DNA from: the human T2T-CHM13v2.0 reference genome, Homo sapiens
DNA length: 64,000 nucleotides
Assembly: GCF_009914755.1 (NCBI RefSeq)
Contig: NC_060934.1
Reading direction: 5' to 3' (one strand)
Both the position numbers and the translations under genes were made by a program. Each line of letters starts with the position of its first letter. Position 1 is the first letter of the stretch. Positions 1-14,340 of this stretch are shown here, one piece after another. The notes under the pieces were generated by a model. The model did no database searches. It was not told where the DNA came from and saw only the letters and a list, made by a program, of their open reading frames with translations.

Positions 1-1849
1 TTAAAATGAATCTGACGTTATTCCTCATTCCTTATTGCTTGTTCACCTTATTTGTTAAATTTTCAGACTGGAGCCCAGCCTGAAAAAGGACTGAAGTCCT
101 TTTCTGTAGTCATCTCAGCTACTGGAAAGGCAACTCTTAAGCACACTGTTTTAGAGAAGGGCTGAGCGGTAGAAGATACGACGTTTAGAGAGAGAAAGCC
201 CCTGAACACGTATTAATTCTAAAGAATTCTAAGGAACTGATGCGTATACATCCACATATGAACCCAGGGCGATGTTGAGTTCTTCTGGTGGGATTCTCTG
301 GAGCACATCATCGTTGGCATTTGATGACTGTAAAATCGCTGGAAGTTGAATGTGCACATTTAAATAGAAACTAAATGATGCAATGCAAAACTAATATAAT
401 CTTTTCCAGATTAGCTGCCATTCCACATTACCTGCAGAACTGCTTCCTTCCTCTTTTGTAGGTAATGGGCTTGACTGCATGTGAAACATAATGTAAATGT
501 TATGTCTTATTAATGCATCCAGGAAATCTGCCTTAAAAATTACTTTTTATCACAGAAAAATGTGGCTTAATTTTTTTTAATCATATGCCTTAGGCAAACA
601 ATGGTTTGACGGCAACATCACCTGCATGGAGCACTGAGTTTATTATTTTTATTTTTTTGATAGATGGATATGTTTCTCCAGGGGCTTTCTGCTTTAAGTT
701 ACAAATGGTTATTAAATTTTCAAGAAAGGTATTCTCTTAACTCTCAAAGTCTGTCTATTTTTAGACTTTTGCAGCAGGAAATAGAAGTAAGGATGTGCTT
801 TTCCAGATGTTTCCAGCTTGCTTTTTCGTCAGCTGTGTGGTTCTACAACTTGATACTTATATTTGGAATAATTCTGAGCTGTATTACACAGGCAATGAAG
901 GGGTCTGTTTGAAAATTTGTAAACAGGTTATTTTTTCACTTATAATTAAATATGTGTTGCTGGTTTGGGAAGAATTGACTATATTAGCTATTGATTTTTT
1001 TTTATATGTAGCATACCCAAACTTGATGTTTTGAACATTTTCATGTTTTAAGTAGTGCCGACAAATTTGCTTTTAGGGCACCATAATATGGTCTTTTTTG
1101 ACTTTAGAAATTAGTATTTCTAAAATTATTGATTGTCTTGAGTCATTTACATGTTGAATATTTCTCTGGACAGGTTTAATAGGACAAACCAAACGTAGTC
1201 CAAAAAATAAAATTCTTTCAAGACCTATATATTTTCGTAAAGATAAAATACTAGTTCAGATAGTTTGTCATTGACAAACTACCAAAAGCTCCTTGGTGGA
1301 TGTCTAGATTTTGAAATGGATAGGAGAAAGAAAAGGATGTATTTCTGAATACTACTGGGCCCTTAAGACTAATTTTTCAGAGAATCTTTGCTAAGGTTGA
1401 GAAGAGGTCTCCTTTTGAGTTACAGGAGGAGGGAATGTCATATCCCCGTTTGAAAGTGAACAGCTCTTCCTAGCCATGCCACATTTCCAGTGGTTCCACT
1501 TGGGAGCGTGGCAGGACAGAGTTGATACCTGCCAGGTGAGTAATGAGGCTTTTAGATTGCATGAAAATACATTCGTGGTGGTGGCTATAGTCAATCTTAA
1601 GCCAATCTAAGTGTGTGGAAGAGAAAACGCAGCTCCAGAATGGAGAGAAATGTATATACATGCAGGTACACGTGTGTGTAGGTATACATATAACAATTTT
1701 AGAGTAGTTATAAATGGTATGATAATTCATTGAGATTAGAAACTGCATACCACTCTTTATATAACTGTCTTTGAACAAAGGTGAAGAATGGTTTTTTTTC
1801 CCATAGGCCTTAGAAGCTGGTGGGGGTTGGGGTGTGGTATGAATCTGTA

Positions 1850-2100
1850 GAGGCGATAAATAGAATGTCGTAGTTAAGAACCCAGGGATTAGGGAGAAGA
1901 CCTGGTTGGATTGCTGGTTCTGCCACTCTCCACCTGTATAACGCTGAGTTATATTTATTTGTCTTTCTAAGTCTCAGTTTCCTTATCTGAAAATTGGTTA
2001 CAATAAAGGACTCTACCTCCTAGATTTATTGTTAGCATCAAATATAGTAACATTAATGTGTCTTTAATTATTACAGACCCCAAATCTGTAAGTAACTCAA
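1850..2100 (+). mobile_element. MIR SINE fragment
   Basis: MIR core-like AAGTCTCAGTTTCCTTATCTGAAAATTGG...CTACCTCCTAG. Confidence 0.6.
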
Positions 2101-2199
2101 GGAATGTTTCCTCTCAACCTGTCTCATCATTGAGATCAAGGAACTTAAATGCTTTTAAGTAAATGTAAAATATGTATAATATATTGCATGCACATTATG

Positions 2200-2460
2200 G
2201 AAAGTGGAGTGGTAGTTGATAAGCGTATGGCTTTTGGACTCAGAATATGAGTACAGGGATTATGCATTTACCATTTCTTATCTGCATGCCTTCAGACAAG
2301 TTTCTCAGCCTTTGTAAATTCCTGCTTCCTCGTGTATACATGGACACCATTGGAGTAGCTACTTTGTAGAATTGCTGTGAAGATTAAATGAGAGCATCTG
2401 AAGCACTGAGCATGAAGCTTTGCTCATGGGAAGACCTCCATGACTATTAGCTATTATTTT
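2200..2460 (+). mobile_element. MIR SINE
   Basis: TGGTAGTTGATAAGCGTATGGCTTTTGGACTCAGA...TTGCTGTGAAGATTAAATGAG. Confidence 0.65.
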
Positions 2461-2734
2461 TGCTGTTGATGTTGTAAACAGACTTGGAGGCGGAGGGCTA
2501 TGCAGTAAGTTGATTTGAAGGAGAGCAGTAGAGGGTGAGAGAAACAGAGGGGTAGAGAAAGAGGAAGATGGAAAAGAGAAAGCCGGGTACTCAGTAAGTA
2601 GGTTTTGAAGTGCAGGGTCACCGTGTTTGTGACACTAGGCTTGGACATTGCCATTGTCTAGGAAACTAGTCTTTGAAATGCATAATTCCCCATTCTTTAT
2701 TTAATCATTTATGAGTAAGTAGCTTGACTGGTTC

Positions 2735-4110
2735 TATTTTTAAATATTTATCATTCAACTTTTAAGATATACAAAAAGGCTCAAAGAATAATAAAGTAAA
2801 GCATTACATACCTATCACCCAGCTTCATGAGCTGGGTTTGTTTTTATTGCCAATAGAGTTGCTTCCCTTTGTGTAGCACTCTTTCCTACTTGCAGACTAC
2901 CTTAAATTTCTTAAACCAGTTCTGTGAGTTTTAAAATATTTTTATTATACACGTGTATCTCTTTAAGCAATGTATAGTACTGAGTATTCTTAGATGTTTT
3001 CCTGTAAGATGTATTTACAGGGTTCAGATTTATATAAATAGCGGAATACTGTAGTGTGCTGCTCACACCTCTCTTGCTGCTAAACCTGATGGTTGTAATT
3101 TATCAGTAATGTTACACATGGAGCAGTTCATTCATTTTCATGCAGTAGAGTATTCCGTGGCGTGAATGCGACACAATTCACTTATCACATTTTCTGCTGA
3201 CAGATATTTATTTACGTGGTTTCTTTTTTTTTTTCTCCCCATTACCAACAATGACATTATAAATATGCAGGTGCATTAGTTCTGGTACAAACGTGCAGAC
3301 GTTTCTCTAGGGCAGTGCTTTCTCAATCTTTTCTGAATTATGACATATGTAGAAAATAATATTTTCAGGGTGTTCACAGCTGTATCAACAGGCCCAAATC
3401 CTCCAGGCCTCAGGTGTTTGTACAGCTGAATAGATTGATATCTCAGGCACACCTACAACTCAGTCAATCAGTGGGGAAGTTCTGCTTAAGGCCGACCTTG
3501 GAGTGGAATGGCTTAGTTGTACGGTGTGCATATTTTTACCTTTACTCAATATTGCACTTCTCCAAAATCATGGTGCCATTTTTACATCTCAACCAGCAGC
3601 ATCTGAGTTCTCATTCCCCCACATTTTATGAACTCTTGGAAATATTTTACTTTCACCATTTTGTCAGTCTGATCCTCTTCTGCTTTTATACCTTGACTTG
3701 ATACCTTTTGCCATATATTGTGTTTTTTTGCTTTTTATATTGATTTGTAGAAGATATTTTTATATACTTACTGTAATCCTTTGTCAGTTTTATGTGTTGC
3801 AAATATCTACCCCCAGTCTATGAGTTGGTTTTCCACTGCATTTTCATGAATATGAGTACCAAGTTGTGATGTTGTCAACTTGAACCATTTTTTCCTTTGT
3901 TTTCCATTTCTCATCTTGTAAGAAATATTCTTTTATATTTACTGCTAATATTTTTTTAAATGTTTGCTTATTTTTGTTTGTAATATGAAGGAGGAATCTA
4001 ATTTTAAGTTTTCTATTTGGATAAGGAATTATTCCAGGGTCGTTTATAAAATGTTTTTTACCCCACCACAGATCTGCAAGTGCAACCCTGTCATATATGG
4101 AACAGCTATT
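2735..4110 (-). mobile_element. Old L1 (L1ME-like) fragments, interrupted by a hAT MITE
   Basis: Antisense L1M 3' motifs (GTTCATTCATTTTCA...GTATTCC, CCTTTGTCAGTTTTATGTGTTGCAAATATCT). Confidence 0.6.
3313..3484 (+). mobile_element. hAT-Charlie MITE (Charlie4z-like)
   Basis: Ends CAGTGCTTTCTCAA ... GGGGAAGTTCTG; internal GATATCTCAGGCACACCTACAAC; CTCTAGGG hAT-type target on the left. Confidence 0.55.
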
Positions 4111-5702
4111 TGTTAAGTTTATTTATCAGAATTAAACATAAATCAGAATAAATAAAAACGTAAAACCTGGAATCCCCCCTTCTGCCCATAAAACAATTAC
4201 AAATCACCAGATTAAAAGAAGACTTGGGTTCTGAGCCAAACTGGAAGTGAGAGCCCTGGCAATAGTTAATTATGATATATGACCTCGGATCAAATGTGTT
4301 AGACTTTTTGCCTTTGAGCACTGGTTTAAGTTTCTCTGCCTTGTGGGTTTGTGAGGAAGCACATAAAGGATGTAAGGGAATAGAGGATCCCATCTCTACA
4401 GATAATCATCTGGCCTCATGCAACCAGCATGCCACTTGTTGGAGAAGTGTGTTCAAAACTCATTTCTGGTTCGTGCACCTGTGGCCCTTGGCGGCAGGTC
4501 CTGTAACACACAGCCTGACCACTGATACAGAGGAGGCCCCTGGGACTGCTTTCCTTATAAGGGTCCTGCGCCTTGGTAGAATTTAGATTTGGAGTTGCAG
4601 AGACTCAACTCAGGAAAGCAAGTCTTTAACCTCTTTGACCTTGGTTTTCTCACGTGTTAAGCTCAGGACGTGGAACCGGTGATTTCTCATGCCTTTGATT
4701 TTTAAGAGTATGTGGAATAGAATTGTGCATAACTGTGAATCACAGTCACTGTAGAACCACAGGGCTGGCTGGTAGCTTTCGGAATCTGTTAGTGGCTTTC
4801 TCTTTGCTCTTTGAAAGATTGGTGCTGTTCCATTTCATGATGCCAGAAAGTCATGTTGGGAATTGGTGTTAATTTTTCTGGGCTCAAAAAATCCTGTTTC
4901 TTGACTATTTTTCCTACTTCTTTCCATAATGTGAGCTATTCTGCAAACCAAAGCACTTTAGTAAAACTCTCTACTACTAGAAATGTGTTTAACATTATTG
5001 GTGTGTTTTCAACAATACACATCAAACTTTGAGAGCCACTCTTGTGAGTGAAATTGCTGTGGAGTATGGAGTGAGAAGTTATTCTTTGATCTATTTTAGG
5101 CTACTTGCAAAGAAATATAATAGAATGGCTAGAAGAGCCATCTCTGGAGTCAGGACAGAGTATCTGTGGCCAAGAATTAGCAGGATGACCCTGTAGAAGT
5201 TATTCACATAACTGAATTTTTAATGAGATAATGCATGTAAACTACTAAGTTTTAGATGGTATAGTATCTGATCAGTATACGGTAGCTACTTATTATTTGA
5301 ATATGTTCTCTAATTCCTGATTGATTTGTATTTATTAAAGATTATTCTACAGATTCAACTTGTGCTGATGTCTTTCCACTGGCTACAGAAGATTCCCAGT
5401 TTACTTCACGTATCTGAAAAAAAGAATTTCTTATTTAAATTTACCCCTACACAACTGGAGGCAGGGGGGCAGTGTGTGGGAAAGGTGAATTTTTATAGAA
5501 GTATAAGTTCTTCTGAAAGGGACCCAAGCTAAAGTTTCCACGACAGGGTTTCAAATTCATTTTTTAAAACGGGGGCAGCACATCCCGGTTCTGATTTGGA
5601 AACAAGCATTGCTGCCTGGAATGGATTAAAAACAGAAGATCTCTACTTCTGCATCCATTTGTACCTTACACAGGGATGCTTTTAAAAATATTTAACAACT
5701 GT

Positions 5703-6013
5703 GACTGGGTGCAGTGGCTCACGCCTGTAATCGCAGCACTTTGAGAGGCCGAGGCAGGAGTATCACTTGAGGTCAGAAGTTCGAGACCAGCCTGGCCAAC
5801 ATGGTGGAACCCCATCTTTACCAAAAATATAAAAAATTAGCCGAGTGTGGTGGCATGTGCCTGTAATCCCAGCTACTCAGGTGGCTGAGGCAGGAGAATC
5901 GCTTGAACCCAGGAGGCAGAGCTTGCAGTGAGCCGAGATAGCACCACTGCATTACAGCCTGGGCAATGGAGTGAGACTCCATCTCAAAAAAAAAAAAAAA
6001 AAAAAAAAAAAAA
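5703..6013 (+). mobile_element. AluS, full length
   Basis: Dimeric Alu, long A tail, TSD TTAACAACTGT. Confidence 0.95.
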
Positions 6014-7371
6014 TTAACAACTGTATGGCGTGGCAACAGCTGGTCGGGGAGGTTGCCTACCATTGCCCTGTTGGAACAGATTTGTAACTCCTTTAATTGT
6101 AGGATCCTGGTGAGAGTTTGGGGCCGTTGATGTAATAGGACACATTTGGGGGCTTGTAGCAGTGGCTGTTTGTGAATTAGCAGGGAAGCATTTTGGTGTG
6201 GCAACAACTGGGATGGCTGTGCCTGTGTGTACTGGCTGAATGTCCCTGTGTCATGTCCACGCCAGGGATTTTTTGCCCAGTTTGTCATAGAAGGAAGGTA
6301 GAATGTAATGCTTATGCTCACGATAAGAGTAATACGAATTATTTACATGGATTTAGTTTTTTAGAAAATTATTGGCTAAAAATCATTGGGTCTTATTGGT
6401 TGTAAAGTGCTGAACCCACTGTGCAAAAATCAAGACACTTAGAATACAAGAAATACTGAGACTTTTTCCCTTCACGGAGATTCCCAGTATGGTATTCATG
6501 GGGGCAGTGACATCTAGCGTTCCCTCCCAAGATAGCAGGCACTCTGAATGAAGACAGTGTGTTTATTTCACAAGTAGCCTACAAACTCAGTTATTTCATC
6601 CAGGGCCTGAATTTTACCATTTTTGAAAGTACGTCACATTCATCTAAGTGAGGGGGCCTGGTTTGTTCCAAATTTTCATGACCATCGGAGCGGGTCTGAC
6701 GGTGAGACCAGACATTTTGCTTGTATTTCTGGTTCAGCTCCAGCTAGGGCTGAACTCAGGGGGCCCCCTGGAAATGGGGCATTTCTGGGACCAATCTGAG
6801 GATTTGCAAAGAATTTTAAGTAAGCACAAAACTTTTGATTAAAAAGGAGGGCACAAACTGAAGCCCAGCCTTTGTTTCTAACACACTTTGACAAAATGGT
6901 CATTTTGAATTAGATATGATTAGAAACCTCTTAAGAAATAAAAATGAAAACTCGCCAAACTCTTTTATGGCTATGCATGTTCTGTCCTTTGCTGCTCTGT
7001 GTCAGATAATTTTTCTTATACTTGGGATGTCCTGAATATGTATTTTATTTGTGCTTTTTGATGAGCACAGCACTAAGGAAATAAGCGAGGTGAAGAATTT
7101 AAGAAAGCAGACGGATCTTTTTAGGAGGCTATAAATTTTCCGCGTCCCTCCACTGCCCACTCCCAAGGCCATGTTGATGTTTAAGAGAAGCCTGTGGTCT
7201 GGTTTTTCAGTCTCGTGTTGGTGCCAAGTCAGTGCTTTCATTGTTTCTTACTGAGATCGGGTCTAGATGCTCTGTGAACAATTGTGCTTATGGTTATGTA
7301 GACTTTTAGAATCCTTGGTGATTGTCATTCTATAATTCTCTCCTGTTATTTTAATTTAAAGTAAGTCTTGA

Positions 7372-7688
<317 letters not shown>

Positions 7689-8364
7689 TAAGTCTTGAAT
7701 GCTTCTCTGAGATTCTTGAGTATAAGCACTATCTGGTAAAGTCCATCAAAAGAAGAGCATCTCTGTGGATCCCTTGAGCCCCTTTAGTCTTAAGCAAACC
7801 AAAAAGCTACATGGTGATTATTATGAGTGGACATATCCCACGTAAGCATGTACAACAGTCTTAACACCTGATTTCATTAGATATGGCAGTAATACAGCTC
7901 TAGAATGACTCTATTTCGGTGGTTTATAGACACTTAGTTTTTGTAAAACACTTGTTTTTCTTTCTTTGTTTTTCAGTGATAGCTTGTGCAGAAGAACATA
8001 AATGCAAAGCTTGTTCATTGAGACTGGAGAGAGGAAGGCCAGAGTGCCATCTGCTGGCTCCTTCCCATTCTCTCATAACCCCTCATGGCTTTTAAAAAAT
8101 CCATTATGTGAAATTCAGCTATTCCTTAATCTCTCCAAATTCCAAAACAGAGGTCTCATGAAAAATTCCTTAAAAGCAAGCATAAATAAATACATTGAGT
8201 TATACATTTCTGCCCAGGTCATAGGACCAATGACAACCTACATGTGAGACCAGGTCAGAATGGAAGTGCTATAAGTATCTTATTTAACCAGTTCATTTAT
8301 TTGGGTCAAGTTGAACTATTTTCTAGCAATAACCCAGAGATCCTTTCTAGGATATAAATAGAAC

Positions 8365-9170
<806 letters not shown>

Positions 9171-9956
9171 GAAGGGGAACCAGGCCAGTTCATGCACTAA
9201 AATATGTCTTGTGACCCTGTCTCCACCCCAGGAAATGCTTGCCCCTGCGTTACCCTTGGTAGCCTTTTCTTGGTTGAGATGGTGGTGCATGCTTTAGTTT
9301 CTCAGTAAGAATTTCACACTACTAGGAAGAGCCCCTTGTGTCTTCGGTATAATACTGGGTCATGACTGATATGCTCTTCATTCCCTGTATTATATTTTGC
9401 AGGACATTCTAAAGGTTTGGGGGAGAACTGAATTCTAACAGATGGTGCACACTGCTGTTGTGATCACAAAGGCCTGAGGCAGACCACTTCAGTCTAACAT
9501 GTCATTACCAATTTAATAGAAATATTTCTTGTTGGACTAGTCTCTAACAAATGTACATTGTTTGTGAGAATTGGTCTTACTGAATTCTGAAGGTATTTTT
9601 GTCCTTACTGGAGTGACAGCATAATATTTTGACAAATCAATTCAATTAAACAACCTACTGATTAAGTCAGACAGACGAACTGATTTGTTTTCCAGATTAT
9701 TGATTGCCATCACTGAATTCCATACAATTTATTTGACATAGTAAGAGTATAGATTGTTCACAATCTAGATCCCAAGAGACATTAAATGTTCTTGGTTATA
9801 ACATTTTTATTCTGTAGATAAGAAAATGGAGGCCCAGAGATCTGTATGAATGTGTATGTGTAGCACTGCCATTCAATTAGCTGTGTGTGTGCATGTGTGT
9901 GCATGTAGGTACCTTATGTGTCTGTCTGAAATTTATCTGCTATTCAAAATACTTCT

Positions 9957-10231
9957 GGGCAGGGCACAGTGGCTCATGCCTGTAACCCCAGTACTTTTGG
10001 GTGGATCATGAGGTCAGGAGATTGAGACCATCCTGGCTAACACAGTGAAACCCCGTCTCTACTAAAAGTACAAAAACTTAGCCAGGCATGGTGGCACGTG
10101 CCTGTAGTCCCAGCTACTTGGGAGGCTGAGGCAGGATCACTTGAACTCTGGAGGCACAAGCTGCAGTGAGCCAAGATCATACCACTGCACCCCAGCCTGG
10201 GTGACAGAATGAGACTCCATCTCAAAAAAAA
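9957..10231 (+). mobile_element. AluSc/Y-type with a small internal deletion
   Basis: GATCATGAGGTCAGGAGATTGAGACCATCCTGGCTAACAC diagnostics; lacks the GAGGCCGAGGCGG segment. Confidence 0.9.
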
Positions 10232-10238
10232 GTACTTC

Positions 10239-10579
<341 letters not shown>

Positions 10580-11130
10580 TCACAAGTGAATTTCAAAGAT
10601 TTGCTGGTTATAACATGTTCCTTTTTTTGCCTCAAATATTAAATGACTCAGCAGTCATTGTTCTCTGAGGGTGGGGAATGAAGTGATTTGAGCTGGTGAT
10701 GAAAAATAGGAGAGAACCAGATGACCTGATAATTCAGTTTCCATGTGCTGCTGGCAAAGACATTTGACCTTCTGAGAAAAGTCAGCCTCCAAAGACTAAA
10801 TATTGTTAATTTTTAAATATAGTTCTAGAGAATTCTTTTCCTAATCCTTTTACTGTAGTCCTGTTAATGCCTATAGCCCTGGGACAAGTTGTCCAGCACC
10901 AGAAGTGGACTTGCACAGAGGAACATATTAGTAATTTCCATCTGGCTCTGTACATGACTTGTAGATTAAACAGCCAATTGGGGCCTCCTTTAGAATACAA
11001 AAACTTGGGGAAATTCAACTGTTATATATTCTAGTCATTTTTTACACTTATAATTCCCTCAACTTCAATAGCTTCCAACTGTTATTCATCTTATCTCTGG
11101 CTTTCTGGCTTTTCTCTGGCAAATCTTTCA

Positions 11131-11424
11131 TTTTTTTTTTTTTTTGAGACAGAGTCTCACTCTGTCACCCAGGCTCAAGTGCTGAGGCACAGTCTCAGCT
11201 CACTGCAGCCTCCACCTCCCGAGTTGAAGCAGTTCTCCGCCTCAAGCTTCCCGAGTAGCTGGGACAGATGCCCGCCACCATGCCTGGCTAATTTTTGTAT
11301 TTTTAATAGAGATGGAGTTTCTTCCTGTTGGCCAGGCTGGTCACGAACTCCTGACCTCAACTGATCTGCCCTCCTAAGCCTCCCAAAATGCTGGGATTAC
11401 AGGTATGAGCCACCACCCCTGGCC
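11131..11424 (-). mobile_element. AluS
   Basis: Poly-T then antisense Alu; TSD AAATCTTTC. Confidence 0.93.
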
Positions 11425-11462
11425 AAATCTTTCCATCTTAATTCCTCTTCTCCTTTTTTTAT

Positions 11463-11467
<5 letters not shown>

Positions 11468-11527
<60 letters not shown>

Positions 11528-11547
11528 TACATATATATACATATATA

Positions 11548-11632
<85 letters not shown>
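11468..11632. repeat. Compound microsatellite (TA)n(CA)n...(TA)n(GA)n
   Basis: Directly visible; occupies the tail position of the antisense Alu to its right. Confidence 0.95.
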
Positions 11633-11633
<1 letters not shown>

Positions 11634-11909
11634 ATCTTATTCTGTCACCCAGACTGGAGTGCAGTGGTGTGATCTCAGCTCATTGCAACCCTCCCCTCCT
11701 GCATTCAAGTGATTCTCCTGTCTCAGCCTCCCAAGTAGCTACGACTACAGGCACCTGCCACCATGCCCAGCTAATTTTTTTTAATATATATTTTTAACAG
11801 GGTTTCACCATGTTGGCCAGGCTGGGCTCATAATCCTGACCTCAAGTCATCTGCCTGCCTCAGTCTCCCAAAGTTCTGGGCTTACAGGTGTGAGCCACCG
11901 CACCCAGCC
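11630..11909 (-). mobile_element. AluS
   Basis: Antisense Alu body. Confidence 0.92.
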
Positions 11910-11938
11910 TTATCTGTGTTTATTTCTTTAGACTAGAG

Positions 11939-12283
11939 CAGAGGCCCCCAAACCCCAGGCAGCAGACTAGTACTGGCTTGTGGTCTGTTAGGAACCAGGC
12001 CGCCCAGCAGTAGGTGAGCGCCTGGCAAGCAAGCATTGCAGCCTGAGCTCCACCTCCTGTTAGATCAGCAGCAGCATCAGATTCTCATAGGAGCGTGCAA
12101 ACCCTACTGTGAACTGCACGTGTCAGGGATCCAGGTTGCGCGTTCCTTATGGGAATCTAATGTCTGATGATCTGAGGTGGAACAGTTTCATCCCAAAACC
12201 ATTCCCTACAATCCCCCCTAGTCCGTGGGAAACTTATCTTCCATGAAACCGGCCTCTGGTGCCAAAAAGTTTGGGGACCACTA
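11939..12283 (+). mobile_element. MER1B hAT-Charlie DNA transposon (MITE), full length
   Basis: CAGAGGCCCCCAAACCCC ... TTGGGGACCACTA termini; internal AGATTCTCATAGGAGCGTGCAAACCCTACTGTGAACTGC; imperfect 8-bp TSD GACTAGAG/ATGTAGAG. Confidence 0.88.
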
Positions 12284-12737
12284 ATGTAGAGGGCCCTAAA
12301 TGGATGAAGTTTGAATGGTTCCCTTTTATAGAAAAATACAAATACTCATGCTTGTGATCTAAAGAAATCAACCTGGATGGGGGCTGGGCAGTTCTGCCTG
12401 CCTGGCTCTTTTCTGTAGTTAGAGAGGCTCAGAGAAGAGGGAGGAGAGAAGGGCAGGGGGCAGCCAGGCCACTTTATGCCTTTGGTAAGAGGTTCTTTTG
12501 AAAGGTATTCATCTTTTTCCTCGAATCTTAAGAATTTTCAAAACTTGACACCTGCTTCCATTCTAGCGTGACTATATAAATTCGTTCCAAAGGCAATAGC
12601 AGTACTGTTGATTGTGTCATGGAACAATATGGGAGTTCAGAATTGACTGTTACTCATACAAACACTCACATCTGCTAATTCCTGGACCTATTACTGTTCT
12701 TTCAGAATTCATTACATAGTTCACAAGTCTCAGTTTA

Positions 12738-13043
<306 letters not shown>

Positions 13044-13519
13044 TGAAAACCTTTGTGTTCATGAGCACTGAAAACCATTTTAAAAGACCTTTATAAATTC
13101 ATTGCAAAAGAAGTAAAATGTTTGAAAATCATATCTTTCTCTCCTCTAGTATAGTTTTCTTTTTATCCATGGAAACCAATCCAGAATTTTGGAAGGCATT
13201 TTGTGTTCTGTCTTTATCAAAAGCTTGCAGTGTTTCCTTTTGGAAAGTAGCATTGGCCCAATTGGTATTGAGGTAGTTTCTCTTTATAGAAGTATTTCAT
13301 CTACTACACAAAGGAGGGACCAGAGAATTAGGATTTCACCATTATGCAGTCCTAGAGATTGGCTGGCAAACTTGCCAAAGAAAGGCAGTGATATCAGTAG
13401 TTGCTAACGTTACAAGGAAAGGAAGAACCTGGCAGTGTGTATCCCTGGCAGGAGTACACAATACACCTGTGACGTGTCCTGCCACATTCACATCACAATC
13501 CGATCCAACCTCTAGATTG

Positions 13520-14340
<821 letters not shown>

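Noticed and set aside
11405-11797. 130-aa ORF with IY/ER repeats
   Set aside because: Translation of the microsatellite plus Alu
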